Origin: Octopus sinensis
Taxonomy: Eukaryota
Assembly: GCF_006345805.1 (NCBI RefSeq)
Contig: NC_043007.1
Coordinates: forward strand, 77,004,001 to 77,068,000
Length of the DNA stretch: 64,000 nucleotides
Direction: 5' to 3'
In this document: positions 13,957-27,187 of the stretch, one piece after another
Layout: the number at the start of each line of letters is the position of its first letter
How positions within the stretch are numbered: position 1 is the first letter of the stretch
Notes under the pieces: model-generated
Told to the model about the DNA's origin: nothing
Databases searched by the model: none
What the model saw: only the letters and a program-made list of their open reading frames with translations
Made by a program: the position numbers and the translations under genes

Positions 13957-15046
13957 CTAATTTGGAACAAATATCATGACTTCTTGGGCAAGTGTCTTCT
14001 ACAATAGCCCTGGAAGACCAATGCCTAATGAGCAAGTGAATTTGGTAAGACAGAAAGTGTGAGGAAGCTTGTTATATATATATGTGTGTATGCATGTTTG
14101 TGACATGTTAACCCCCCCCCCCTGATAACCGGTGTTGGTTGGTTTATATCTCCATAACTCAACAGCCTGGCAAAAGAGGCCGACAGAGTAAGAAATGAAC
14201 CCCAGTATTAAAAAATAAGTACTGGGGTTGATTTCTTAAATTAAACCCTTTAAGTCACTACTCCAATATGAGTACTGTCCAATGACTGGAACAAGGAAAA
14301 GATAAAGATATCAAGATATCTTTAAATAATTCTTCTAAACCTGAAGTGAGCTAGAAGAATGTTCAAAGCTGTAACTCACAAACAAACAAATAAATAAATA
14401 AATATATAAAACTACAAATTACTGAAAAAGTAGTTATATATGCTAATCCCTTGAAACGGATAGTTAAAGTGGAGTAATTAGAATAATTAATATGCTTTGT
14501 TTGATGAAATAATTCAATTCATTAAAACAAAGATTGACTTGAACTCTTGAACTTGTGAACCAGCCGGCTAGATCTTTTACAACTCACTATTCCCAATGAA
14601 ACAGTAACAGCAATTAGCCCAAATTATCAAGGTGAAATACTGGAAAACTGGTTTCAGTTACAAAACGAAGAAAAGAGAGAAAGAAAAAGAAAAAAAAGAA
14701 AAGATAAGAAATATAAGGAACCTGTGCTGTCAGTTTTATATTCCGAGAATACCAAAGAAAAAAAAAGCTTAGAGAAAAATAAACCAAGGCTGAATGGGAG
14801 CAAAATAAACAATCATAATAACAAGTCTTTCTACTATAGGAACAAGGCCTGAGATTTTGGAAGAGGTGGGGGTTAGTCCATTACATTGACCTCAGTGGTC
14901 AACTGGTATTTATTTCATCAACTCCCAAAAGAATAAAAAGGCAAATTGACCTCAACAGCATTTGAACCCAGAATGTAAGGATGTATGAAAGGCTACTGAG
15001 TATTTTCCCCAGCATGCTTAATAATTCTGGCAGTTTGCTGCCTTAT

Positions 15047-15079
<33 letters not shown>

Positions 15080-17261
15080 TATTACTACCCATGTATTTTA
15101 ATTTAACTTAAAAAAAAAAAAATTAACGAACTATTGAGTTTAGTTTAATGGCCTACCAATGTATACTATAAGTTTCTTTGCCCTAGGAGTCGGGAAGACA
15201 CTCGCCAAGAAATGGAAGCAAATTTGAAAGAAGAAGAAAATAATAATAATAATCCTTTCTACTGAGCGGACTAGTTGATTACATCAACCCCAGTGTCTCA
15301 CTGGTACTTAATTTATTGAACCTAAAAGGATGACAGGCAAAGTCAACCTTGGCAGAATTTGAACTCAGAACATAAAGTTGGATGAAATACCGCTAAGCAT
15401 ATTTTGTCCAGTATGCTAACGATCCTGCCAGCTCTCCACCTTCCTATTCACCTTCAATAACCGACAACAAATAATTATAAAGCAATATAATGTTGATGAA
15501 TTAGCCTCTGGTTTCTGTCTTTTGAAGTAGTAGGTTCACTCGTTTCAATACAAAAGAAAAGGTTTCATTTGAAAAGACCTTTGACAGTGTTGCAATAAAC
15601 TTCTCAAAATAGAACGAAGAGAAAGAAAAGAAAAGAAAGATGAAAAGATCACTTTGAAAAATCAATATAAAATCTCAAAAGACCAGGAGGGAAGGAGGGA
15701 GAGGAGAGGCTGGCTATAATGATGTAATGTTTACTGAATGAAAGACCTTAAAATTCTGGGTTTTGTGTCAATTTATAAATTGATAATTAACAATAGAATG
15801 TCTATTTAAAAGAGTGTCAACACAAGGTAGACTGGTGTGGTTGTAGAAAGTAAAAGCAAAGGGTTGTAAGATAGATTCCATTGTTACCAGATGGAATCTG
15901 GTACTACTACCACTACACTAATAACAATAGTACCACCACCACTGAGTCACCCACATCCATTATTCATAGTGAGGGAGCAACATTGTATGTCACCCCATTC
16001 CAGATACAAAAACCGAAGCTATCAGAAGTTTGATGCAATTTATTCTGATAGGCACATGTGTAGTTGTGTAGTTAAAAAGATTGCTTCCCAACCACATGGT
16101 CTTGGATTTGGTCCCACTTAGTGGCACATTGGGCAACCATCTTATACTATAGCTAGCTTTGGGTCAATCCAAAACTTGTGGGTAGATGGAAACCGAAACT
16201 CTGTGTGAGACTGTATGTTTATATTTCTATGTTCTGACATCATATGATTGTTGTAAATGAATGTCGTTCATTTCCCATAGTCTACAAAAACATGTCTGGC
16301 CATGGGAACAATATAACCTTGCTTTGGAACAAATAAGGTTTAGTAGCAGGAAGAGCACCTGGCCATAGAAAATCTGCCTCAATAAACTTTGTTCAACTCA
16401 AACCAGCATGCAAAAGTGAACATTAATAACTATGATGATGACAATGATGACCATGGGCCATATTTGTGGCACAACTTCCTTTAGTTTCCTTGATTAGGGG
16501 TCATCCAAAGAAGTAGGTTTTACTAATACAAAAAGATTTTGTTCCACTTTATTAGAGTCGAGTAAGGCCTTTGACTAGAAATTACATTCACGTACACACA
16601 GCTCTTGCTCCAAAATCAAGAAGGACTTTGCAATGGAAAGTGTGTCAGTTTTTTGCCTCTGGCTACCCACTAACCCAAATGATTAAGGGCGTGAACAGGG
16701 AGGAAAAGAAAACAAACAAACAAACAAACAGAAAAACACATTTCATATTTACTATAAATGTGTGAGTGTCAAAGGGTGGGGGGCCCACAGCCAACAGATA
16801 GGAAGGTGTTAAACCTTTGACTTAATAATCTTTTAACAGGGAATTTCTAGATAAAGATAGGCTCCACACACATACACACACAAAGATAGCATATCTCTTG
16901 TGGGGACTCAATGTTGTAGATCAAGTTAGTTCGCTGCAACTTATACGCCTTTACATACCAGCATGCTGGGATCACAACTCAGCTTATTTCGGTGACCTTA
17001 CTTGTTCGCAGGAAGTATTATGATATATTTTCTTCTTCTTCTTCTTCTTCTTCTACCATCCCCCACCCCTCACCGACCAGATCATATCACCATCATTATC
17101 ATTACAGCTAACAGAGTTACCAAATCTTAGTTTGCCATGCTCCAAGTGTCTTCGTGTACTTAAATCACTAAGATTCTGTCTGTCGTCTTCTGTGTCTGTA
17201 TCTCTTCAATATATCTACATCTGCCCTTTGACAAACAGCCTTTAACCCCTTGGCTTTCGCT

Positions 17262-17580
17262 TTCACCACCACCAGCACCACCACTGCAGCCTCTACCATT
17301 TCCTCTTAACCCAGCTACCACCACCATCACCATCACCACATCACCAACAGCAGCAGTTCATCAATACTATATCCCAGCCAACCACAACTGCAGCTAATAG
17401 TATTATAACTAATAAAACCACTACTTCACTTACTACAAATGCTACTACTACCACAACTATACTACTACTACTACTACTACTACTACCATACAATTATCAC
17501 CACTACTGACATTACACTACCACAACCCCCCCCCCCACTACCACCACACCAGCAGCAACACCACCACCCTTACCACTAAT
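17262..17580. repeat. Degenerate (CAC)n/(ACT)n trinucleotide region
   Basis: Runs of caccac, cagcag and actact. Confidence 0.8.
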
Positions 17581-18093
17581 TCCCCCTCCCTGCCAGTGCC
17601 TCCATCATTTGTAGTGGGGGAGCAAGTTGTATGTAACCCCATTCCTGACACTGAAAACAATCTAAACTGGTCCACTGACATTGCTACAGACAAAAGCTGG
17701 TCAGAAACAAGGCTGTGATGGATCAATAAATTTACTCTACACAACATCATCACTAAACGGTCGAGGTATTAGTTTACGATAACACAGATTTAATGTCAGG
17801 GAAAAACAACAGAAACTCGCACATTTGGAGGTAAAACACACAGTGTAATCAAAATGACTGACACGGATATTGCTTTCAAATTTCGACACAAGTTCAAGGA
17901 AGGGGGCTATTCAATTGCAGTGACCCCAGTGCTCAATTGGTACTTATTTTATTGACCCATGAAAGTATGAAAGGTAAAATCAACCTTGGTGCAATTTGAA
18001 CTCAGAATGTAAAGACGGATGAAATACTGTGAAGCATTTTGCCCAGTGAGCGAATGTTTCTGCCAGCTCGCTATCTTCATAGTAATAATAATA

Positions 18094-18567
18094 GGGACGG
18101 CAAAATTCATCTGGGGTTTTGACTTCCAGACAGGCAAGATATCAGAGCACCAAAGGCTGGATATGGTAACCGTTAGGAGCAACAAACAAGAGTGCCTAAT
18201 AATTGATATGGCAGTACAAGGAGATCAACATAGCACTATGAAAGAAAGAGAAAAGGTTAATAAATATGGAGACCTGAGAATTGAGATTGCTAAGATGTGA
18301 CAGCAATGAGAGCCAAACAAAGGTTATCCCTATTGTCATCGGAGCATGGGGTTCAATACCACCCAATCTGAAAAAACATCTGAGAACTTGAGAAATACCC
18401 TACAATCTAGGTGTGTTGCAAAAGTCGGCATTACTTGGAACTGTACGCATATTGCGTAAAGTATTGTCTGTCTGAGGTCCTTCTGACATGACAGACAGTA
18501 CAAACCCCCAGTAGACACAATATCTTCAATCAACAACCTCACGATATTGTATACTTTGTGACGTCTA
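18094..18567 (+). mobile_element. 5'-truncated R4/Dong-clade non-LTR retrotransposon (restriction-like endonuclease domain + 3' UTR), disrupted
   Basis: Translation WGFDFQT..HQRLDM...CLIIDMAVQGD...KEREKVNKYGDLRIEIAKM* then VIPIVIGA.G...LQKSALLGTVRILRKVL; flanked by (TAA)n on both sides. Confidence 0.85.
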
Positions 18568-19064
18568 TAATAATAATAATAATCCTTTCTACTAAAGGCA
18601 CAAGGCCAGAAATTTTTTTTTGGGGGGGAGACTAGTTGATTACATTGACCCCAGTTATCAACTGGTACTCATTTTATTGACTCTGAAAGGATGAAAGGTA
18701 AAGTCAACCTCAGCAGAATTTGAATCCAGAATGTAAAGATGGATGAAATGCTGCCAAGCATTTTGTCCAGCATCCTAACAATTCTGCTAAAGGCCAGAAA
18801 GTTTGAAGAGGATGGAGTTAGTTGATTACAATGACCCTCCTTGCACCCTGAAAGGAGGAAATGCAAAGTCGACTTTGCCGGAATTTGAACCCTGATTAGA
18901 AGAAATGCTGCTAAGCAATTCTGCCTAGTGCGCTAACGATTCTGTCAGTTTACTATTATGATGTATGATGATGATGATGATTAATAATAATAATAATAAA
19001 CAACTATTATTATTATTATTATTATTAATTTTATAATAATATCAGGAGAAATATGAACTAACAA

Positions 19065-19108
<44 letters not shown>

Positions 19109-20101
19109 TGTGTATAAAAAATGAAAAAAATTGTTAAATTTGTATCTAATTTTTGAAATATTCACTGTTTCCCCAGGAGAACCGAATTTTAAAAAGGAAA
19201 TTGAATATTGAGTTTGTCATTAATTCTCTTTATGCAGACGAAGCAATAATTAACTGTAATTCCTGAAATCTATCTTAGTACAAGTGCCTCAAAATGGCAG
19301 TTGTGTTGTAATTGAATGAATGAATGAATGAACGATGTTCGTTAATTTAACTTGTTAACTAAAATGCACACACACACACCTATGCCAAAATGTACAAGCA
19401 TATTACGTACAAACCAATTATAGAGGTGTCAGTGAGGTCACTTCACCTGCTAGAAACAGTACAGACACCTCACTCAAATTATACCCAGTTGCCTTAAAGC
19501 AGAGAAGATATATAGGATAATGTACTCCTAGATACATTATGACAGAATGATAAAAAAAGGGAAAAAGTAACCATGGGATGTAATAGTTGATATGTCTTTG
19601 ATACAGAACTGGAACTTAACAACAAGCATGCATGTATGTATACATTATACATGTTAGTACACACACAAGTGAACAGAGGCACCATTGCATGGTTATTCAA
19701 CCTGTTAGAAATAGCAACCAACATTTCCTACAAATCTCACGGCACTTTCTTAAACTATAACAAAATATATATGTAGGCCATCTTGGCCAATGTACTACTG
19801 TTTATATATAAATACACACACACACACACACTATATATATATATATATATATATACACAAAAATTCAGGGTGAATACTTGATAATTGTAAGCACCTGTAT
19901 ATACCATTTAGAGGCTATAGACACACATTTACATCAATTATGCATTGTTATAAACTGTTTAATAAAGGCCTGAAACATATGTACCGCTAAGTCCTTTGCA
20001 TCATGTTTTTATTTTGATAAATATATATATATATAAAATAAAAATAGTAATGCAATACAAGAATATTGCTTTCCAGTAAAGAATAGCCCGTGAGGGAAAA
20101 T

Positions 20102-20258
20102 TATACATAGAAGTAAATATATGGCACAACGAAGTACCGATATTTACTGGAAAATAGCGAACGCAGTGAAGCTATACATTAGCGTCGTATTTATTACGTT
20201 CGCTATTTCCCAGTAAATATCGGTACTTCGTTGTGCCATATATTTACTTCTATGTATA
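20102..20258. repeat. Inverted repeat, 62-bp arms (1 mismatch), 33-nt loop
   Basis: 20102-20163 is the reverse complement of 20197-20258. Confidence 0.95.
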
Positions 20259-20959
20259 TATATATATAAAAAATTTAAAATAGTTTGATTTGGAATTAAC
20301 TTGAAAGAACATTCTTAGCCAAATGTGTGTGTGTGTGTGTGAGAGAGAAAAATAATAAATGAATAAAAGAATTGAAAATAATAGGTGTAAAGTTTAAATT
20401 TAAAATAACTGCCCCATTGAGGCGTGTGTGGGAGAGGGGGTAATTGTGGTACTACAATGATGAATGAAGTATCTATATGATGGCATGAGGTATATTCTCT
20501 GGTTCTGTGTACAGAGGAGAGAGAGAGAGAGAAAAAGAGAGAGGGAGACGTAGGTGAGTGAGATACATAAGGAGAGGTGGTTGGTGGTGGTGTTGTTGGG
20601 AGATAGCAGTGGCATCTCTTGTATTGTTCCAAGATGAAAGAAACAGCATCAACAACCACCAATGTTTGCTGTTTAACACAACAGCAGCATCAGTTTACTA
20701 CAATGTGAAATAGTAAAGAACAAAAACAAAACAAAAAAACAAAAAAAATGAATAAATAAAAATGGAGAAAGAGATGGAAAGCAAAATTTACTTCATCTTT
20801 TCTAGCACAAATCTCTTTAGAGGATCATCTTAACAAGCTCTATTGAAATAGGCTTGGAAAACAAACTAGGGGTAGGAGGTGTCCTTTGGTTAAGGGTCAG
20901 TGGAGTTTGCCCTCTAAATATTAACTAGCAATGCTTCAGGTTTCACAGCAGAAGGTGTT

Positions 20960-20960
<1 letters not shown>

Positions 20961-20999
<39 letters not shown>

Positions 21000-21408
21000 C
21001 ATACACACATATATACATATATGTATATATACACACACACACACACACATATATATACACACACACACATATATATATATACATACACACACATATATAT
21101 ATATACATACACACACACACATATATATACATACACACACACATATATATATATACATACACACACATATATATATACATACACACACACATATATATAT
21201 ATACACACACACATATATATATATACATACACACACACACATATATATACATACACACACACATATATATATATACATACACACACACATATATATACAT
21301 ACACACACACACATATATATACATACACACACACACACACATATATATACATACATACACACACACACACACATATATATACATACATACACACATACAA
21401 ACACACAC
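20961..21408. repeat. Compound (TA)n/(CA)n microsatellite with ~20-bp higher-order period
   Basis: Recurrent tatatatacatacacacacaca units; source of several spurious ORFs. Confidence 0.9.
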
Positions 21409-22079
21409 TTAAGTGTTCCTTTCAAATATATAAACACACAAAGATGCAAGCAAACAAGAAGAGGCGGGTGAATGATAAAACTCTGGGTATAGCCCACAGG
21501 CTTCAGACACAACCCACACAGCTACACACTGAATGAAATGAGAAAAAAAAAAAAAAAGAAAAGAAAAAGTAGATCGTTTATATTCGTCAGTACAGTACTG
21601 AGTTTTAGTGAAAGATGTGACTGAAGGAGCCCCAAACACAGAATTTGGGAAGAAAAGAAACAGGAACAAAAAAAAAAAAAGAGAAGCTAAAATCTCACAT
21701 CATTTGTATATCATTTTGCATGGATGTAGGCAAAAAAAAGTAGAATGTGTGACAAGAGAGTTGATTTGTTGTAGTGTAATTCAGATAAGTCTGTATGTAA
21801 TTGGGCCTTGCAGTGAAACAACATTAATGTCAGAATCAATTAATTGTGGCTGCCAGGTACAATGTTGGAGAGGAATAATGCAACAGGAATAGTTTTATAA
21901 CTAGGGTCCTTATTCACACAACAGAACTTTTGCAGTCTTTTTCATCCTTTTCCCTCCTGGAACTGATATCAAAACAACACTTCTTACAATGAAGAGTTCT
22001 TAAGGGGACACAAATCAAAACAAAACTTGCATGAAAGAAATAGTAAATTACCACCCATACAGCCATAACCATTTCCTTT

Positions 22080-22312
22080 GAGGCTTCATAAAAAAGCACC
22101 CATGCTGGTACCACATATAAAGCACCTGTGCTGGGTGTCACCTATGAAGCTCCCGTATTGGTGCTACGCAAGAAGCTTCAGCGCTGATGTCATGTAAAAA
22201 GCATCCGTGCTGGGGTCACATAAAAAGTTCCCATGCTGACACCGTGTAAGGAACTTCTGTGCTGGTGCCATGTAAAAGAGCACCCGCGCTGGTGTCACAT
22301 AAAAAGCACCCA
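22080..22312 (+). repeat. Degenerate ~26-bp minisatellite (about 9 units, consensus ~gtgctggtgccacrtaaaaagcaccc) in a family D element
   Basis: Repeated gctgg..cac/cat..taaaaagc units lead directly into the family D body. Confidence 0.8.
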
Positions 22313-22465
22313 ATACACTCTGTCAAGTGGTTGGTTTTGGGAAGGGCATCCAGCCATAGAAACCATACCAAAACAAACAATTGGAGCAGTGCTTCAGCTG
22401 GTCAGCTCTTGTCAAACTGTCCAACCCATGCCAACAGGGACAATGGATGTTAAATGATGATGATG
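22313..22465 (+). mobile_element. SINE/LINE-tail family D (RTE-like tail ggaagggcatccagcc...ggatgttaaa(tga)n)
   Basis: Motif recurs at 8848-9125(-), 39256-39445(-), 39860-40075(+), 48408-48541(+), 50480-50660(+) and elsewhere, ending in (TGA)n. Confidence 0.7.
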
Positions 22466-23230
22466 CTGCTGATGCCAAAATAGTTAACTTTTTTGTTGGG
22501 GAAAGAAGCACAGTTAAACAATGTTGCTAATATTACTGGTAGTAATTTTGGCACATGTGTGTGTGTGTGTGTGTGTGTAGGCAGTGCTGGATTAAACATT
22601 AAGCAAAATAAGCACATGCTTAGGGCATCGAGGGAGAGGGGGGCACCACATGAATGGTAAATGGTTTACGGCACAAAAGAAATTACTGCAGTCTAATGAT
22701 TGAAACAAATAAAAGATAAAAGGTGCATGCATGTTTGTTTTTTTTTTTTTTTTTTTTTGCTGTATCAGCTAAAACACATAACCTGATAATAGTATGAAAA
22801 TAGTTTTGGAAATTTAAAATATCCTTACTAGACAGTAGGGGAGTAGGGTTAGCTGATTTCTTAGGAACATAAAATAAAAAGCAACTTTTCATTTTTTTTT
22901 TCTTTTTGCAGCGAATTGGGGGTGGGGTGTTATTAACTGTTGAAATAATGGTGAAGCATTAGTCCAGAAACAGTAATAGAAGGAATGTGAATTTGGCAAA
23001 AAATTAACCCACAGTCTGAAAAGATGGGAAATTGGTTTCTGAAAGACATAGACTGAAAGTAAATATATCTGAAAGAGATACATTGGTTTGTTTGATGATC
23101 AATTCTCTAATAACATGACCCTAATGTGAGGGTCATGGATGTAGACAGTTATGGCAAAGATATATGAGTTGAAAAAGAGAAAGGGATTAAAAAAAAAGGA
23201 AGTAAAAAGAAAAAGGGTAAGATATCTTAC

Positions 23231-23368
23231 AGTTGATGTAAATTTAATCCAGCGTGGAATGTTCCAGTAGTTATATTATAAATATGATTAAAATTCAAGT
23301 CCAACATTCGTAATTTTGGTAAGCCATTTAACACTCTGGAATCAATAGACCTGATCCAATTGTGGTGC
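23231..23368 (-). CDS. LRIG: LRIG-family gene, internal LRR exon (138 bp): (L)HHNWIRSIDSRVLNGLPKLRMLDLNFNHIYNITTGTFHAGLNLHQ(L)
   Basis: Minus strand ttttctttatttccatttctAG|exon|GTaaga; lies in ORF 23227..23460; aligns by eye to LRIG1 QHNKIRSV...LDLSLNNITEV...FPHG..IKEL as recalled. Confidence 0.92.
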
Positions 23369-25726
23369 CTAGAAATGGAAATAAAGAAAATGGTATTATG
23401 CAAAAGAGAAAACAAGAACTTGCGCATCAATAATATTAAATGGAATTCAGAATTATTCAATTCTCAGAGTTATATAAACAGAAAATAAGATTTGTCGTGT
23501 ATTTTACGATAAAAGTGTTGAATAATTAATAGAATGAGAGTGAAGAATAAGCATGTGTGAAAGTGTGTATGTGAGCGAGAGAAAGAAAGAGAAACGGAGG
23601 GAGAGAGAGAGAAAAAGAGAAGAGCAGGTGGTGGTGGTGGAGTAAGAAAGTACTTAGATTAATCTTTTGTCTTAAAACACAGAATCACAGTATTGACCAG
23701 ACCATCAGATGATGTTAAACACCGGTCACAATGTGCTTTGAATTCTGCCTTGATTGTGTCATTTTTTTTTTTTCTCATCATGACCCAAATTACTTAACTA
23801 GGTTATCTTCCCATCATCGTGGAGGCTTTCAAAGTGGTCTTTTCTGGTCCCTTGGATACAACTGGACAACTGCATGGGTCCACCTGCTATCTGTGTCATA
23901 AAAACACATTAGTAATTGTCCAGCCAATATTTTGTTGTGTTGTAAGCTTGCTGGGCATGGAAATTTAGATAGTGCTTTCAGTAAGCATACATGCATGGAT
24001 GTATTGTCCTCTTATCTCCCAAATACACCAATCCTTTTCCTTTAATAGCTTGTAAACTTTAGAGAATTCTTGAATTTTGAGATTATCTCCCCCTTCTTAA
24101 ATGGAGCTGGTCTTTATTTCCATAATAATTTTAACTCAAGAATTTATGTTGTATGGTATTTGATATATCTGTATTTGTCTATGTGGTTCAAACATATGTT
24201 ACTGGCCACTCAGAGTTATTTCTCTCAATTTATTGTCATGTATGTATATATGAACATATAAATAATGCAAAACTGTTAAATGAATTAGGTCTGTGTAGTA
24301 AGCTGTCAAGAATGTGTGAGGCGTATGTTAAGTTCCGAGATTAATGAAATAGGGGAAAGTGCTGTGAATAGACAGATGCCTTAAAAATAATTTTTAAATG
24401 TAAATGAAAAATCATTCACATACACATACCAAAAAACAAAAACAAAAAAATAACAAAAGCAAAACAACACCTGCTAAGCTTTACATTCTAAATAAATCAT
24501 GTAATAAACGAGTTAGTAAACAGTAAGGTTAGGTGGTCGTCACAGTATCAAAATATAATATAAAATTGTTGGTCATGCTAAGTACAGTGAGAGAGAACAG
24601 GGGGGGGGGGGAGAAGTGAAAGTAAGAAGGGGTGACAGGCAGAAACATGGAAGTTAAGCTTGAGGCCTGCAGAGGAAGGCAAGTTGGCTTTGATAATGAC
24701 CCCTATCAGTGTCGGATTTAGACAGAATAATTAGTGTCTTTGTTAGGGCTATCTTAAAATAAGAAATAACAGTAAGATGTTGGGGTGGGAGACTGGGTAG
24801 GGTAGGTAGGTGACTGTGGTGGTAGTTGGGGGTGGGGAGCAGGGGGACAGAAGGTAGTGATGTGTGTGTGGGGGGGGATAGTAGAAGTAAGGGCACTTGC
24901 TGCCGCTATAATTTCTATACTTGTGTCTTCACTTGAAGGGTTCTTAAGGATTTCAGGGACCAGGTGTCGCTGAAGAGAAACAAGGACAAACTGAAGTTTA
25001 ATTTAGTTGCACTGGAACACACACGTGTTGGGTGTGTGCACGTGCATGTGTTAGGTGTATGCACAAGTAAGATGCAGGTGTGTTTGTGTGTGCATGTCTT
25101 TGTGCTAGTGTTTGTCCCACACGCTACTTGACAACCAGTGTTGGTTTGTTAACATCCCTGTTACTTGCCAGCTCAGCAAAAGAGACTGAGAATAAATATC
25201 AAACTTCAAAAAAAAATAAAGAAAAAACAAAACAAAACAGAACACTGGGGCTAATTTGTTCCACTAAAACCTCTCAAGATAGTGTCCCTGCATTGCCACA
25301 GTTCAATATCTCCTTCCCTTCCTTTTCGTTTCTTTCCCACCCTCCTCTCTATGTCCACCTGCATTCATATGTAAACAACTAACAAAACTACCCTTTTCAA
25401 AGTTCTTGCTTCAATCAATACACCCATCTATATAGTAGTTTGTAAGAATTCACAAGCACTGCCTCTAAATCCAGCAGAACTTTTTGATTGGTGTAGTATG
25501 ATTAATATCCTGATGTCTAAACAACAAGTCAGTCCTAAGAACATTAAAGCAAAATTGTTCAAAGAAGTATGCATGTCGAATTAAGGGACTCCCTTAGAGT
25601 CCATGGAGATCCTGAATAATATCTAATAATATCTTATGGATGTGGTGAGGTAGTCCCAAATATATGTAGCAATGTATTAATAAAAATATAAAAATCTCCA
25701 TCTGTGAAATATTTCTCATTAATATA

Positions 25727-25997
25727 TATTGTTGCTATTATGCAAAAGTGTCGTAAGTCCAAAAGGTTGCTTTTTCAGAAAATGGAAAAAATAGTTTCAC
25801 CATTCCTCAGCAAAACCGTTGTACTACACTTTGACAATTTTTCATATCTTGGCATCTGATGCAGCTGGAGATACAATAGCTTGATCAAAAGAACTGGCTA
25901 TTGCAAGGAAAAATAAATATAGAAGAAAAAAAACAAAAAAAAAACACACTTGGCCTAATTTGGACATACGACAGTTTAACATAATAGCAATGACATA
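25727..25997. mobile_element. Old MITE with ~35-bp imperfect TIRs in AT-rich target (superfamily uncertain)
   Basis: tgttgctattatgcaaaagtgtcgtaagtccaaa (25730-25763) vs tttggacatacgacagtttaacataatagcaatgaca (25959-25995). Confidence 0.7.
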
Positions 25998-26113
25998 TAT
26001 ATGTTAAATATTTGTTTTTGTTCAGTTACGATAAAAAAAAAAACAATTTTATGTTTAACTGATGGCTTACTCTGTACTTTTGTAAAGTACAATTTATTAT
26101 CCTTAAGAATGTT

Positions 26114-26204
26114 GACAGTGACTTCGAATTTTCGGCCAGTTGAACCATCATCAGACTTCCTGTCTGACGATGGCTTAAAAGGTTGGAACTTTGAAGTTAC
26201 TGTT
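26114..26204. ncRNA. Inverted pair of degenerate minimal type I hammerhead ribozyme motifs (Penelope-like element type)
   Basis: Minus: agt-CTGATGA-t-ggtt-caact-ggcc-GAAA-attcgaa-GTC-act. Plus: gt-CTGACGA-t-ggct-taaaa-ggtt-GGAA-ctttgaa-GTT-ac. Arms 26114-26156 and 26162-26204 with a 5-nt spacer. Confidence 0.65.
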
Positions 26205-26244
26205 CATAAAATTCTTGTTTAAGAATAAAAAGGTATACATATAC

Positions 26245-26296
<52 letters not shown>

Positions 26297-27149
26297 ATGT
26301 GTGAGTGTGATTTAGCTTTGAAAAAAAAAAAAACAGGAAAAAACAGTGAAAACATTTAATAAGAAAGAAGAAAACCTAAATATAGACAGAGGTATGAATT
26401 GTTTAAGGATTAAACTGACTGTTGGACAGCATTGACTCAGTAAACAAGACAATCTAGAGTGAAAAACTAGAAATACAACTTCAGACTAGTGGCTGTGGAG
26501 TGTTATGTGAGGCGGCGGTGGGGGGTGGGGAACCAAGTCGAAGTGGGTGTGGTGGGAGTAGAAAGAAAGGTGAGAGGAGAGGAAGAAAGGTGTTGGTTTG
26601 AAATTTGCTCAGGGAAAAAAAGAAAGAAAAAAGCAAAATACAGAGGTGTAAAATGTTTTGCTGATAAGATTATAAGACAGTGTTAGTATGAATGCACTTC
26701 TCACATAATATCTCTGGTTTGAATGATTGTTAAAATAACTCCCACAATAAACAAACTATTTGTGTGCATGTGTGTATAATATATGTGTGTGCGAACATGT
26801 GTGTGTGTGTGTGTATGTATATGTAATCACATGGTTCCGGGTTAAGTCCCACTGTGTGGCACCTACAGCAAGTGTCTTCTACTATAACCTCAGGCCAACC
26901 AAAGCCTTGTGAGTGGATTTGGTAGATGGAAACTGAAAGAAGCCCGTCATATGTGTGTGTGTTTATATCCCTGTAACTTAGCAGTTCGGCAAAAGAGACC
27001 AATAGAATAAGTCCTGGGGTCAACTAGTTTGACTAAAGACAGAGCTCCAGCATGGCTACAATCAAATGACTAGAATAAGTAAAATAAGACACATACACAG
27101 ACATATATATATATATACACAAATATACATATAACCATACATACACATC

Positions 27150-27187
<38 letters not shown>

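Noticed and set aside
20931-21536. Long ORFs of 150-200 aa on both strands
   Set aside because: Translations of stop-free (TA)n/(CA)n microsatellite; the same applies to ORFs near 11.1-11.4, 31.2-31.7 and 60.5-60.9 kb.
22080-22312. CRISPR-like array
   Set aside because: Contiguous degenerate units with no unique spacers, no cas genes, eukaryotic context.
23369-23374. Possible 6-nt microexon needed to restore LRR register before the 138-bp exon
   Set aside because: Exon 47971-48042 already supplies the missing residues.
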